A stretch of 63,983 bases of DNA, the filler included, from Diploschistes diacapsis (lineage: Eukaryota), in NCBI GenBank assembly GCA_023645945.1. It is 12 parts of 12 records of this genome, joined end to end, with 100 filler letters (N's around TTAATTAATTAA, not from the genome) between each part and the next. Parts side by side here need not be neighbours in the genome. Positions count along the whole stretch, not along the records: positions 48,438 to 53,697 come from JALAIB010001582.1; positions 53,798 to 59,054 come from JALAIB010001583.1; positions 59,155 to 63,983 come from JALAIB010001648.1; 9 more parts are not named here. One strand, 5' to 3'. The notes below the pieces were generated by a model that saw only the letters and a program-made list of their open reading frames with translations, did no database searches and had not been told where the DNA came from. This document shows positions 48,977-61,721 of this stretch, in pieces. Numbering within the stretch: the stretch's first letter is position 1; each line of letters begins with the position of its first letter. A program made the position numbers and the translations under genes.

Positions 48977-50774
48977 TCACGTAAAGCTCTTCGTGAACGA
49001 ACTCACGACATCCTTGAGCTGCTGCTCGAGCTCCTTGCTCAGTGAACCCTCTTTGTCGATCTTGCCGAGCAGCTCCGACTCGTTGCTCCTGAGGTGCGAG
49101 AGGAAATCCGACTCCCACTGCAGGATCTTGTTGACAGGGATGTTGTCGAGATAGCCGTTGACGCCGGCGAAGATGAGCGGCACCATCTCGTTAACGGCCA
49201 TGGGGCTATATTGCTTTTGCTTGAGGAGCTCGGTCAGACGCTCACCACGGTTGAGGGTTTGCTTGGTAGCGGCATCGAGGTCGGAACCAAACTGCGCAAA
49301 GGCAGCAACTTCACGGTACTGGGCCAAGAAGAGCTTGAGCGAACCGGCGACTTGCTTCATGGCTTTGAGCTGAGCGGCGGATCCGACACGAGAGACAGAG
49401 AGACCGACGTTGATGGCGGGACGGATGCCTTTGTAGAAGAGTTCGGCTTCCAGGAAAATTTGGCCGTCGGTGATGGAGATGACATTCGTTGGAATGTAGG
49501 CAGAGACATCACCACCTTGGGTTTCGATGATGGGAAGGGCAGTCAGGGATCCACCACCCATTTTGTCGTTCATCTTGGCAGCACGTTCGAGTAACCGGGA
49601 GTGGAGGTAGAAGACACTGTACAGTCAGCATTTGTAGCAAGTGCAGGAACATCAAACAAAACATACTCGCCGGGGTAAGCCTCACGTCCTGGGGGACGAC
49701 GGAGCAGCAGAGACATTTGACGGTAGGCAACGGCTTGCTTGGAGAGATCATCGTAGACAACCACGGCATGCCTTCCGTTGTCACGGAACCATTCGCCGAT
49801 GGAGCAGCCAGTGAAAGGAGCAATGAACTGTAGAGGAGCGGCTTCGGAAGCGGTGGCGGCGACAATGACAGAATACTTCATCGAATCGTTCTCCTCCAGA
49901 GTCTTGACCAGCTGGGCAACAGTGGAACGTTTCTGACCGACGGCAACGTAGATACAGTAAAGCTTCTTGGTCTCGTCACTTCCGTTGTTCCACCGTCTCT
50001 GGTTCAAGATAGCGTCTAGGGCAACGGCAGTCTTTCCGGTTTGACGGTCACCAATGATCAGCTCACGCTGGCCACGGCCGATCGGCACCATGGCGTCGAT
50101 AGCCTTGAGACCAGTCTGGACGGGCTGGTTCACGGAGCGCCGGGGCAGGATACCGGGAGCCTTGAGCTGAGCACGACGCTTTTCGGTGGTCTTGATGGGA
50201 CCCTTGCCATCAATGGGGTTTCCAAGAGCGTCAACAACGCGACCAAGCATAGCAGGTCCAACGGGCACGTCGACCTTCCAATATTAGGCTATTAAAGTCA
50301 TAGCTGGTTTTCATCACTCACAATTGTTCCTGTACGCTTGACCGTCTCACCCTCCTTCACGAGACGGTCAGATCCAAACAACACGATGCCAACTTGGCCA
50401 GCCTCGAGGTTCATGGCCATTCCGCGCACACCGGAAGCAAATCTGTTGCACGTTGGCTACCACCCGTATCTGTTCAGAAGCTTTGCTTACTCGACAAGCT
50501 CTTCGGCCTGGACATTGTTCAACCCATGCACACGAGCGATACCGTCACCAATCGACAGGACGCGGCCCGTTTCGGCGAGGCCAGCCTCTTCCTGGACACC
50601 GCGGATTCTCTGCTCGAGGATCGAGGAGACTTCTGTTGGAGCGGGCTTTGCATCCGTCGCGTACGTTCTGGAGATGGCAGAGATGGCGGGAGCTACGATT
50701 CTGGTGCGACCGCTGGCCTGGGCGGCCCCAGCGATCGCGCGGCTAGACTGCCTGAGAGCAGTCCTAAACATCAT
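48977..50774 (-). CDS. ATP1: Mitochondrial ATP synthase F1 alpha subunit, multi-exon
   Basis: Transit peptide, [34 protein letters not shown] and [13 protein letters not shown]. Confidence 0.98.
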
Positions 50775-51447
50775 GTCTGAGCTTCAGGCGCAGATGAAGG
50801 ATTGGAAATCAAAGGAAAACGGGATGCAATTGAGAGTGGAGATGGGGATTGTTGTCAGTTGTCGAAGCTGGAGACAGCAACTTGAAAGCTTTTGGTCGTT
50901 GGGAAGGGAGGGAATTCGTGAAAAGACCAAGCCTGTTTCGGGCTAGTGGAACGGAAGCTTGCAATGACGGGCCGACAGTAAACTCCGGCTTGGCGTTCGC
51001 CGTCTATAAAACCACCCTGGGTGACTGACAACTTTGAGCCTTATTCTGATCGGATCTTTCAAACTTCAATAAGTCCTGATGGTCTAACGCTGAAAGTTTG
51101 TCCGAGTGAGGTTAGAGAATTCTAATTGCTGCTGCACTTCGAGTATTATCACATTTGTGAATCAGGTCAGAAATATGTCTGCAAGCAGAACCATAGAGCG
51201 TTTGGATCATTAAAGCACTGGATTTGTCACAGCCTGAGGAGCAGAGAACATTTGTGATTAGTACTTGCTACTTCCCTTGTTATGCATAAGAATGTTGTAC
51301 AATATTGCAGAATTCTAAATCTCAATCAATCCTAGCTCAATAGACGCCAGATGCAGTGCAGTTCCCAAGTTCTCATGCCCCAACATAATGGCACAGACCA
51401 GAACAGCTCAAGCATCCAAGCAACCAACCACCTCTTCCAGCCTGCCT

Positions 51448-52586
51448 CTAGTGGACTGCCCTGACGCGTGCGCTCGGAGTGCTAAAGTCGATGCGCAACC
51501 TTCTTCCGTACAATTCCTTGCCTTCCAGCTTCTCCCTAGCAAGCTCGGCACTCTGGACGTCGGTGAAGTCAGCATGCGCGAAACCTCGGGGCTGTCCTGT
51601 TCTTCGATCGATAGCAACTCGCACGTCGAGGACGTTCTTGACATCGCGGAAAAGTTCGTTAAGATCTTGGTCGGACAGTTCGAAAGACATATTGCCGATG
51701 AACAGCGTCTTGGATGGATCATTCTTGACTGGGGTACGACGTTCGAAGCTGCCTCCTACTCCCCCCCTGGGAGTGGCGTATTGTACTGACATGCGACGGC
51801 CCTCGAATACTTGACGATCTAATGCTTGTAGAGCAGCGGTAGCATCCTCCGTGTTGAGGAAATCAACATAGCCAAATCTAGGAGATTGGTTTAGCACACA
51901 ACAATGATAAAGCAGTAATAGAACCCTACCCTTTGCTGAGTCCACGCGAGTCATATATGATTTTAGTACTGCTAACTGTTCCATGCTTGGAAAACTCCCG
52001 GCGTAGATCTTCCTCCGTAACGTCGAAAAAGAGGTTTCCAATGTAGAGATTTTTTCCGGGCTGGGTTGGAGCTTGAGCACGGGTAGCAAAGCCACCGGTC
52101 GCTGGGCCGGAGTCAAATGTTTCACCTGATCTTTGATCCCTCGCCGCAGAAAAAGCTTGTTGGTTTCCTGACGTTGGTAAGGCGGCTTGTTCTGCAGCTG
52201 CTTCAGCGGATTTTACTACCTCAGCATCATACTGCTCGCTCGCAGAGGTAGATTCCTGCTGGGGACCATCTCTTCCGTCTGTAGGTTGAACCTCAGAGAT
52301 ATCGAAGGGCTCTGCAGAAGTAGCCTGAGGCTCCGCAGGTTCATCTTCCAAAGCTGGATGGCGCTCGGAGGGGACGTCACTAGCAAACCTTCTTTGGGAG
52401 GGAAGAGCGAAGACGGGACGGAGAGTGCGGAGCGAAGAGGATGTTAATGTAGTGATTGACCGAGGCTTCTGGAAACACAGAGCTGCAGAAGGGTTTGACA
52501 GAGCGCGAGCTGCGGCTCGTCGGAGGCAAAACCTAATGAATTGTGAGCGACGCATATCTCTAAAGCGAATAAAACCTGACTTACAT
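51448..52586 (-). CDS. Two-RRM RNA-binding protein with a probable mitochondrial presequence
   Basis: RNP2 LYIGNL and LFIGNM; RNP1 KGFGYVDF and RGFAHADF; Arg/Ser-rich N-terminus MFCLRRAAARALS. Confidence 0.88.
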
Positions 52587-53510
52587 TGCTGAGATGTCAA
52601 AAGAAGAAATGGCAATATGGTAAACGGAATTCGGAGCACCTAAATGGTTTGGGAATCGTAGTGCAACTGGATGTATTTCATCAATGACTTTTTTCTTGTC
52701 GCAACCCTGGAAGTAATTTTTCGACGGGACTTGGCGGCCTTTCAGATTACTAAGAATTATTGGCACGCTAAACCCTTGTGGGCCCTCACGCAATATATCT
52801 CTCGATTTGGCAAGTTTTATGCCACATCGTTCATCTGTATGATATACTGCTACATCTCCTCCCCCGAGCCCCCCTTTCTCGCTTGTATAGACCCCCTTTT
52901 ATTGTTTTAGTTATTCTTTAAAGGTGACGGGGTTCAAGGCCAAAGACCCTATCCAACTACCTTGGTCAGCGTCCGATATAAGCGACCTCTTGCGGTACTG
53001 GTAGCAGGGGGCTTGCATGCTTGGGTATGGGGTCTGGCTTGAAGGTATGCAGCGCGGCAGCAGCCAGCGGTGGGATGAGCATCTCTCGCCGAGAGTAGAG
53101 ATTTCTTACCGCTGATATGTACCGTTTGAACTGGTGGTCGTGCTGGTGGAACTGTCGACGTGTCGTGCATTAATGCCCGTTTGATCTGGGAAGAATATGG
53201 GATGAGGTGTGTTGATGGCTGTCATGTTCGAAGCATCGAGAGGCGCGACAATAGGCCCCTAGCTCTTCCTTAGGTTAGCGGGGATATGGCATTAGATAAG
53301 GACGTACGACGGCTTTTCTGCTGTATGTATATATATATACGCCATTTTCTGTATCTTTGGATTCGCGGAGTATGCTTCTCTATCACAATGCTTTTGAGTT
53401 GTTCCCAAACATCGTCTATATACATAACCCATGGTCTATAGTCGTCCACGTCTCTTTACAACTCTTCCTTTCTTTCTCTCATTCTGCCCCTTTATCCCTC
53501 CACCAAGCTC

Positions 53511-53697
53511 CTACAGCTCAACCATGACCTTCAATACCAACCTCCCCCCCTCGTCCACCATCCTACCCGCCATATCAAAGGCCTCCTTTGCGCGTTCCAG
53601 GCCTCTGAAGCGATGTGTCACCAGATTCTCTATATCCGGCATCCTCCCATCCCTTCCCCCATCCACTCCGTCCTTCCCTTCTCCCTCCCTTCCGCCT
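53511..53697 (-). CDS. Zinc-dependent polyol (sorbitol/xylitol-like) dehydrogenase, C-terminal fragment
   Basis: PDIENLVTHRFRGLERAKEAFDMAGRMVDEGGRLVLKVMVEL*. Confidence 0.7.
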
Positions 53698-53797
53698 NNN
53701 NNNNNNNNNNNNNNNNNNNNNNNNNNNNNNNNNNNNNNNNNTTAATTAATTAANNNNNNNNNNNNNNNNNNNNNNNNNNNNNNNNNNNNNNNNNNNN

Positions 53798-54039
53798 CTT
53801 TTTGGGGGGGGGGAAGGAAGTAATATACTGGGGCTTTTCGGGCAGTGGTTGCCATTGATACGCTTTAACTTGGGCGTTGATCGTTGTAGAGGTGTATGTG
53901 CGGGGGACGGCGCGGAGAGGTCATCGTCGGATGACTTGGAGGGAAGGGTAATGCGGCGCTTCTTCGCTGGTCGGGGAGCAGTCGTGGATTTGGAAGCTGA
54001 GGCGAGCCCACCTTCGAGCCATGGCAGGCTGCGCACCAT
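53798..54039 (-). CDS. Hypothetical protein, N-terminal fragment
   Basis: MVRSLPWL...PAKKRR (NLS-like), divergent from VPS15 and cut by the contig end. Confidence 0.5.
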
Positions 54040-54351
54040 TTCTGGCGCTTCAGGTGAAGCTTAAACTTGGGATGACGAGAAAGTGAAGTGGGCTGGTGGG
54101 GGTGCACCGTACCTTGCAGCGGCGGCGGGATATCGGGGTTGCGACTGAATGCAATTGGCGCCAATACCAAAACTACTGAGCACATCGTTTTGAGCCAAAT
54201 GTGTCGAAGCGCTCTTTAAAAAGATGAACTAGACTTTGAAAGCATGTGCTGACGCGCTGTTCAAGCTCTACAGCGCTTCAGCAGAGCTTGCCCATACCAT
54301 GCATCCTCCATGAGCAACTAGAGCCCTAGGCTTCTCCGACTCCTACCCACC

Positions 54352-57300
54352 ATGGGGCAAAGCGTGTCTCTCGCAGCAGTATCCACTGGATCCGCTAGTA
54401 TAGACGTCAAAGAGCTCGAAGACCTCGCGTACGAGAAAACCCTCAGCTCCGCTCGGTTTATGAAATGTATCCGAGCGAGACACAAGCATGGGCTCGTCGT
54501 GGTCAAGGTCGCCATGCGGCCGCCCCCAGATTTCAAGCTGACGCCGTATGCCAAAGCTATCAAGCGTGCGTAGGTTCTAAATCGTTGGGTTCGCGTGAAG
54601 ATACCGAGCTGACGTCTCCTAATAGGTGAGCGAGACCTTCTTGCCGATGTGCCAAACGCTCTGGGGTATCAGCGCATAGCCGAGTCTGAAAGATGTGGAT
54701 ATCTTGTGCGGCAGTATCTACATAGCTCGCTCTACGATCGAATGAGGTGGGGTTTCCCAGGACTCTAGCAGGGAGAACTGCTAAGAATGGCTAGCACCCG
54801 CCCGTTCCTCGACGAAATCGAGAAGAAATGGCTCGCCTTTCAACTGCTCTGTGCTCTGCGAGACTGCCACTCAAGGAATGTGTATCATGGAGATATTAAG
54901 ACGGAAAATATCCTAGTTACGTCCTGGAACTGGCTCTACCTGACCGACTTCTCGTCCTCCTTCAAGAAGACGTACCTTCCGGAAGACAACCCGGCAGACT
55001 TCTCGTACTTCTTCGATATATCCGGAAGACGAACATGCTACTTGGCTCCCGAACGATTTCTGAGCGTCGGGGAAGAAGACGATGGTAGGGGTGTCACTTG
55101 GGCTATGGATGTGTTCAGCGTCGGTTGTGTTATTGCGGAGCTCTTCGTTGAGTCGCCCATATTCTCATTATCACAGCTATTCAAGTATCGCATGGGCGAA
55201 TACGATCCTGAGGCCGGCCATCTAATCAAGATCGAAGACAAGGATGTCCGTGAGCTCGTGGCACACATGATCCAGGTCGAGCCAGAGTCGCGCTACTCAG
55301 CCGAGGAGTACCTCAATTTCTGGAGACGAAAGGCCTTTCCAGAATACTTCTACAGTTTCCTTCATCAGTATATGGGGCTTATTACGGACCCATCTTCGGG
55401 CCATGCGCCTGTCGTGCCGGAGACTACAAACTTTGGCGAGGCCGATGAACGTCTGGATCGTGTCTATCTGGACTTTGATAAGATATCTTACTTCCTGGGA
55501 TATGATAGCCGTGACGACCCTAGTGAGACCAGGGTTGCTGCTCGACCTTCTGATGACGAGTTCTTTCCGGTGCAAATCGACGTACCCAACAACCGCCATA
55601 CCGCGAGCGGTCGCAGGAAACGGCCTGCGGATGACGGCACCCTGATATTCCTGTCGCTCATTGTGTCTTCGTTGCGAAATACCGCCAGAGCTCGAGCACG
55701 TATACGGGCTTGCGATCTACTCCTCGCTTTTGCGGAAAGAATCACTGACGAAGCGAAGCTTGATCGCATCCTACCTTACCTCGTGGTCTTGCTAAACGAC
55801 AAGGTAGACGCCGTTAAAATTGCAGCTCTCCGGACCATGACCCAGCTTCTCGCCATGGTCGAAGTTGTCTCACCTGTCAATGCCTATGTCTTCACAGAAT
55901 ACATACGTCCGCGGCTCCAAGGGATGATCCATAGTCAGGGCGGAAAGAACAAGCCTGCAGTTCGTGCAACATACGCCTCGTGTCTTGCATCACTGGCCCA
56001 TACCTCCTTAAGGATCCTCGATATGGTCCAGGCGCTGCGCGCTGAGGGCTCGATACCCTCGGTTGATCCAGAGGCAGAGAGCGCTGGTAGTTCCGAAGCC
56101 GTGTATCAGAGTCTGTACGACGTGGCTCGTGCAGACCTTGTGGATCATTTCGAGACGCATACCAAGTCGTTGCTTACTGACCCAGATGCTTCAGTCCGAA
56201 GAGCCTTCTTGGGCTCCGTCTCGAGTCTCTGCGTCTTCTTCGGGTCACCCAAAGTCAATGACGTTGTTTTGAGCCATCTCAATACGTACCTCAACGAGAA
56301 GGATTGGCAGCTAAAATGCGCTTTCTTCCAGACTGTTGTGGGGGTGGCTACTTTTGTCGGCAGCTCCAGTCTAGAAGACTTCATCATGCCACTTATGCTG
56401 CAAGCCTTAACTGATCCGGAGGAATTCGTGGTTGAGAGGGTGATTCGATCTTTCGCGAGTATGGCAGAGCTTGGCCTTTTCCAAAGAGCTCGGTTATGGG
56501 AGATGATGGACATACTAGGAAGGTTCATGATGCATCCTAACATTTGGATCCGTGAAGCCGTCGTTCACTTTGTATCTGCCTCCACCAAATTCCTTTCCAT
56601 AGCCGACAACTACTGTATTGCCCTGCCTCTGTTGCGTCCTTACCTTACCGTCGCGATTGCAGACTTCTCTGAGACCAGTATGCTTGATGCTTTGAAGCGA
56701 CCTCTTCCACGGTCGGTCCTTGACATGGCCATTACCTGGTCACTAAAGGTCGACAAAGGGTTGTTCTGGAAGAACTCGCAAGAACAGCGCACCTTCTCAT
56801 TCGGAGGCCAAGATCATACCTTACCTATCATCTCAGCAAAGGACTTGAACCCTTCATCGTTCCGGAAAGTCGCTAAAAACGAAGAGGACGACCAATGGCT
56901 GACCAAGCTTCGCAATCTTGGAATGATGCCCGAAGACGAAGGAAAGCTTCTTGCTTTGAGGGATTACATTTCCCGCACGGCTTCGCGGAAAACTCGAGAG
57001 ACCATTGAAGACAACTCTGCATCACCGAAAGATATACTTAAGCTTCAAGATCTCAACATCACGCCCCAGACAATCTTCTTCGAGAGTGACCCCAAGCAGG
57101 CAGCACAACAGAGGAGTGCTTCAGCGGATAATCTGCATGACAATGCTCAGCGCAAGAAGCAGCATACGATTGCAGATGCCCTGCTTGACGCTTCAACTAC
57201 AATTGCGGATTTACCTGCCCGCTCCGATCAAGGTCGGACAGGAAGTCGAAGGAGCAGCGATACAAGAACTCAGAAAAGCCTCGGAATTCCTGGAAGAGGA

Positions 57301-59054
57301 AACAAGTCGAGAAGAGGGTCTTACAACACACCATCATCTCAAGCATCAGCAGCATCTTCGCCCAACACACGAGTTGGCTCGATTGGCACTAACTTGCTGT
57401 CCGGGTCGACAACCACCATCACCGCAAAGTCTAAAGCACATGAAGAAAGAAGTGATGGGACTGTCACGCCAACAGAAAGCATACGGAGTGGATCCCGTAG
57501 TAAACAAAAAGGCAGCGCCATCAACCTGTTGAAGCGGGGCGATGCTCTGAAGTCTGTGGCCGATACAGGAACAAGCACCGCCAGTGCCATTGGTGAGATG
57601 GACGGCAGCAACCAGGACGCAATTGAAGACCTCCCGTCTATCCTCCACAGCGCGAAGCGAACATCTTCAGCTCCACAATCTCGTCGCATGAACCACACTT
57701 ACGACGGTAGTGACCCAAACGTCATCAACTTGCTCAACAACCTAGCATCGGAGAATTATCCAGTCGACGAGCTCGACTTTGGGCCTATGGTGGCGCCAGT
57801 GAACCGCAGGTCAACCAAGAAGTCTGACTCAACGGAACCCGAACGACCGTGGCGACCTCGAGGAATCCATGTAGCTACATTTGGCGAGCACACTAATGCC
57901 ATCAACCGCATCCTTCCTTCACCAGACCATGTCTTCTTCCTCACAGCTTCAGACGACGGCAGTGTCAAAGTCTGGGACACGCTGAGATTGGAACGCAATC
58001 TGATCCACCGATCCCGCCAAACGCACAAACACGCAGAAGGGTCCCAAGTCAAATGCATCACTTTCGTAGAAAACACCCATACCTTCGTCAGCTGTGCTAC
58101 GGACGGCAGCCTCCACGTCGTGAAGGTCGACTGCAGCTATATGGGCGACACGACTAAATACGGCAAGCTGCGCATCAAACGCAACTACTCCCTCCCACCC
58201 GGCGAGCACGCCGTATGGTGCGAGCACTTCCGCGCCGACTCCAAATCGACTCTCCTCCTCGTCACCAACACCTCTCGCATCCTCGCCCTCGATCTACGAA
58301 CCATGTCAACAATCTACACGCTTTTCTCCCCCCTCCACTACGGCACACCAACAACATTCACCACAGATCGCAAACACAACTGGCTCCTCCTCGGCACCGC
58401 ACATGGCGTGCTATCCTTCTACGACCTCCGCTTCCGCCTGCACGTCAAAGCCTGGACACTCCCCGCCCGAGCCCCGATCCACCGCCTGGCCGTCCATCCC
58501 TTCAAAGGCCGCGGGCGCTGGATCTGCATGGCCGGCGGCACGGGCCATCCCGACGTGAGCGTGTGGGATCTCGAGAAGCAGGAATGCAGAGAAATCTTCC
58601 GTGCCCCGGGCGACCCGGCGCACTCTTTATCTTCCAACACCGCGCTCACCGCTGCCGAGGCGAAGGAACTCACCAAACCCTTTCAGGCTATACCCCTTTC
58701 GCTCACCTCATCTTCACTTCCCCTCCTCACCGCCGCTACCGCAACCACCGGCAGTATAGCAGCGTCGTCCTACTTTCCACCCCCCTCCATCCGCTCCTTC
58801 GCCCTCTCATCCCCTCTTACTTCCTCCTCCTCCGTCTCGTCAACCGGCACATCGACCTCCGACCGCGACGCCGCGCTGCGCCATTCCTTCCTCCTGACAA
58901 CGGGGCCAGACCGCAAGGTGCGCTTCTGGGACCCCGCGCGGCCCGAGGCGAGCGTGGTGGTCAGCGGCCTCGGTGCTGGCGAGGAGCAGCCGCGGTTTGC
59001 GGTGCTGAGGCCGACGGCGGGGTTGGCGGTGAATGTTGAGAGGAGTGGGGGGGC
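54352..59054 (+). CDS. VPS15: PI3K regulatory Ser/Thr kinase Vps15, 3' truncated
   Basis: MGQ myristoylation start, HGDIKTEN, LTDFSSSFK, YLAPERF, HEAT region and C-terminal WD40 repeats. Two 5' introns. Confidence 0.97.
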
Positions 59055-59709
59055 NNNNNNNNNNNNNNNNNNNNNNNNNNNNNNNNNNNNNNNNNNNNTT
59101 AATTAATTAANNNNNNNNNNNNNNNNNNNNNNNNNNNNNNNNNNNNNNNNNNNNGGGTGTTGGGAACGGTGGGGGGAGGGGTGGTATTGTCGTGAGAGGG
59201 AACTGCTTTGCTCTTGGGCTTCTGCCTTTTGAAGGGGAGAGAATATCAGGGGCTAATTCTATTTGACTGTGCAGTGCCGACGGGACCGAGGAAGATTCCG
59301 CAGGGATATGATGACTGAGGGGAATGACATGAGGTGGATAGGAGAGGGGACAACAACGAGAAGTAGGGCCGCTGGCATACAAGCGTGGAGTTACGAGCGT
59401 CAATAATCGGCTGTTTCTGCGTAAGACGGGACGAAGACGACATGTGCGTAGTAAAAGTCATACATTCAGTGATATCTGAAGATTCAGCCTGGCGCAAGAG
59501 GTCAGCTGCTAGGACATGCCTGCCCTGTTTCCTTAATATGTCACTTCGACTGCCTAATTTCCTATGTAATCCTCCCTGCTGTTAGAACGCAAGATCAGTT
59601 GTGAATTATCGAATGCTAAAACACCAGAGTCCCTCCTAAGTGCTGCAGAGAATACAATGTTCGGACTGCTCCGTCAGAATGATGCAGACAGTGATTGACC
59701 TAGGGCTAA

Positions 59710-61721
59710 TCAAGCACTAGAAGCCCTCCTTATCTTGTTGGAAGTACATTCTGCAGAACCCACGGTGTGCTGCGCAAGAATGACAGCAGGCGAGAGAGTA
59801 TCGCAAGGTATCTTAGAAATCGTCTGAACAGCATTCGGCCAGTGGCCATTCTTCAAACCATGCTCCGTGTTTGCAGAGAAAGCTTGATATGAATGATCAC
59901 CATGCAACGCTGCCGGTTCTTTAGCCCCCAACGACGCCGACCTGTTGCCGTTTGCTGCGTGTGCACTCGACGTACGGGCTGGACCACCATCTCCGGACGG
60001 GGACCTGAGGACATTATTGGGGTCCTTGTTTGATACCGCTTGGCCGCTCGAAGTTTGAGCTTTGCGGTGGCCAGAGACACGAGTCTTGATCGCGGGCGCT
60101 TCCTTGCCCTCGTCGCTCTCCGCAACGACAATGGGTTTGCCACGCACCAGAGAGTCGCCACTGTCGAAATCAGACTCTACACTAAGCATAGCCTTGTTCG
60201 ACATCGTTCCGTTAGCCCTCTCAGCTGAGCTCGACAAGGCAGTGACCCTTGCGCGCTGATGATCCTGGCCTTTTTGAAAGGCTGTGTTGGCTCCGCTGCC
60301 TGGGGTGACGATCTTAGGGATAGGAGCTCCGTTTACAGTACCCCTGCCATTCTTTGACGACACGAGTGGGGTGGTAGTACCAAGGCTGACCGGAACGTCC
60401 AAAATCATCAAGTCGTGGTCTTCGTCCGGAAAGACGTCTTGCATGCTAATATCCTCATCCACCTCAGCAAACGAGATTGAGAGCCAAGGGCAGTCTCCGT
60501 CGTCGATATCTGCCGAAAGTAGGTAAGAAAGAGTCTCTGGACCAATATAGTGCGTGTGGTTCTTGAAGAGGGGAGTGACAAACTGCCTCATATCTTCCTT
60601 GAAGAGAACGATATGGTTTTCCATGACACCCTTAGCCTTGTCGCTCATTGGAAAGTATTCATAGAACTTTTCGAGGTCACCTTCAGTAAGGTAAGCATTT
60701 CCACCCTCATACAGTGCCCTGTACAGCCTGTACCCTCCGTCTTTGGCATGCTGGTTCTGGCCTCCGGAAACAACTTGGGAAAACCATTGGCGGAAATGAG
60801 ACAGCGCCATCCACCCATATATGTCGTTGGCATAGGCTGAGCGTGCTGGATTACCAGACGCACCCCTCTTGATCTTCTCCTGCTCGCTGCCCTTGCGCAA
60901 GTGCTTAGGATAGTGGCCAAGCATCCGGATCTCAATGGCTTGCTTCTTGCGTTTAAAGTCAAGTAGCTTCTTCATGAGAACCTTCTTCACCGCGTCTGCA
61001 ATCTCCTCTCTAGCATTGGTTGGTATGAGCTTCCATTTGCCGACCAGATGGGTCATGGCGTCCTTAAAGATTACTGCAGACTGGATCTTTGCAGCGAAAT
61101 TAGCCCAAACTATAGGCTTTCTGACGACGGATTTCCAAAGAAGTTTGTCGTATTGCAACAAGACTTGTTCAAGGTCTCTGCAGATGCCTTTAAGAGCCCC
61201 GACAGCGTCACCCACGGCGACAATACCCATGCAAGTCTTGAGCGTCATCAGAAGACCTTTGCCATAGTCGACTGGCTCCTGATACATGATGCGAAATAGA
61301 TTATCATAATTGTCGAAGACGGCAGGATGAAGTGCTGTGGCTCGAGCATTTTTATCAGAGCTGACAGGGAGGGTTCGACCCTTTTCATCTATTTTCTGCC
61401 CGACGTCAGGTAACGACTTGCAAAAGACAGTACTGGGAGCAGGAAGCGACTTACACCAGGGGCAAAATAGCAGTCTGTAGAATTACGATGTTCGTTAACT
61501 TCGACGTCGAGGTTAATCCTCCAGCGCAAGGTGGCGCCCTTGTTTCGTGCACGACCAGTGAGCTGAGCGGCTGTATCTTCTGTCAACAGGTTACCCAAAA
61601 TTGGAGCGCTCCGGCGAATGATGTTGGAGTGAAGCTTGTAGATGTGGTTGCGGCTCAGGACAATGAGGACGTCTGCATCTTCATACATTGGAAATCCACC
61701 TGCACCGTTGGAGAAGGCCAT
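59710..61721 (-). CDS. Fungal BTB/POZ-like domain protein
   Basis: FPMYEDADVLIVLSRNHIYKLHSNIIRR, then IFKDAMTHLVGKW. Intron at ~61391-61454. The 5' and 3' boundaries are uncertain. Confidence 0.7.
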
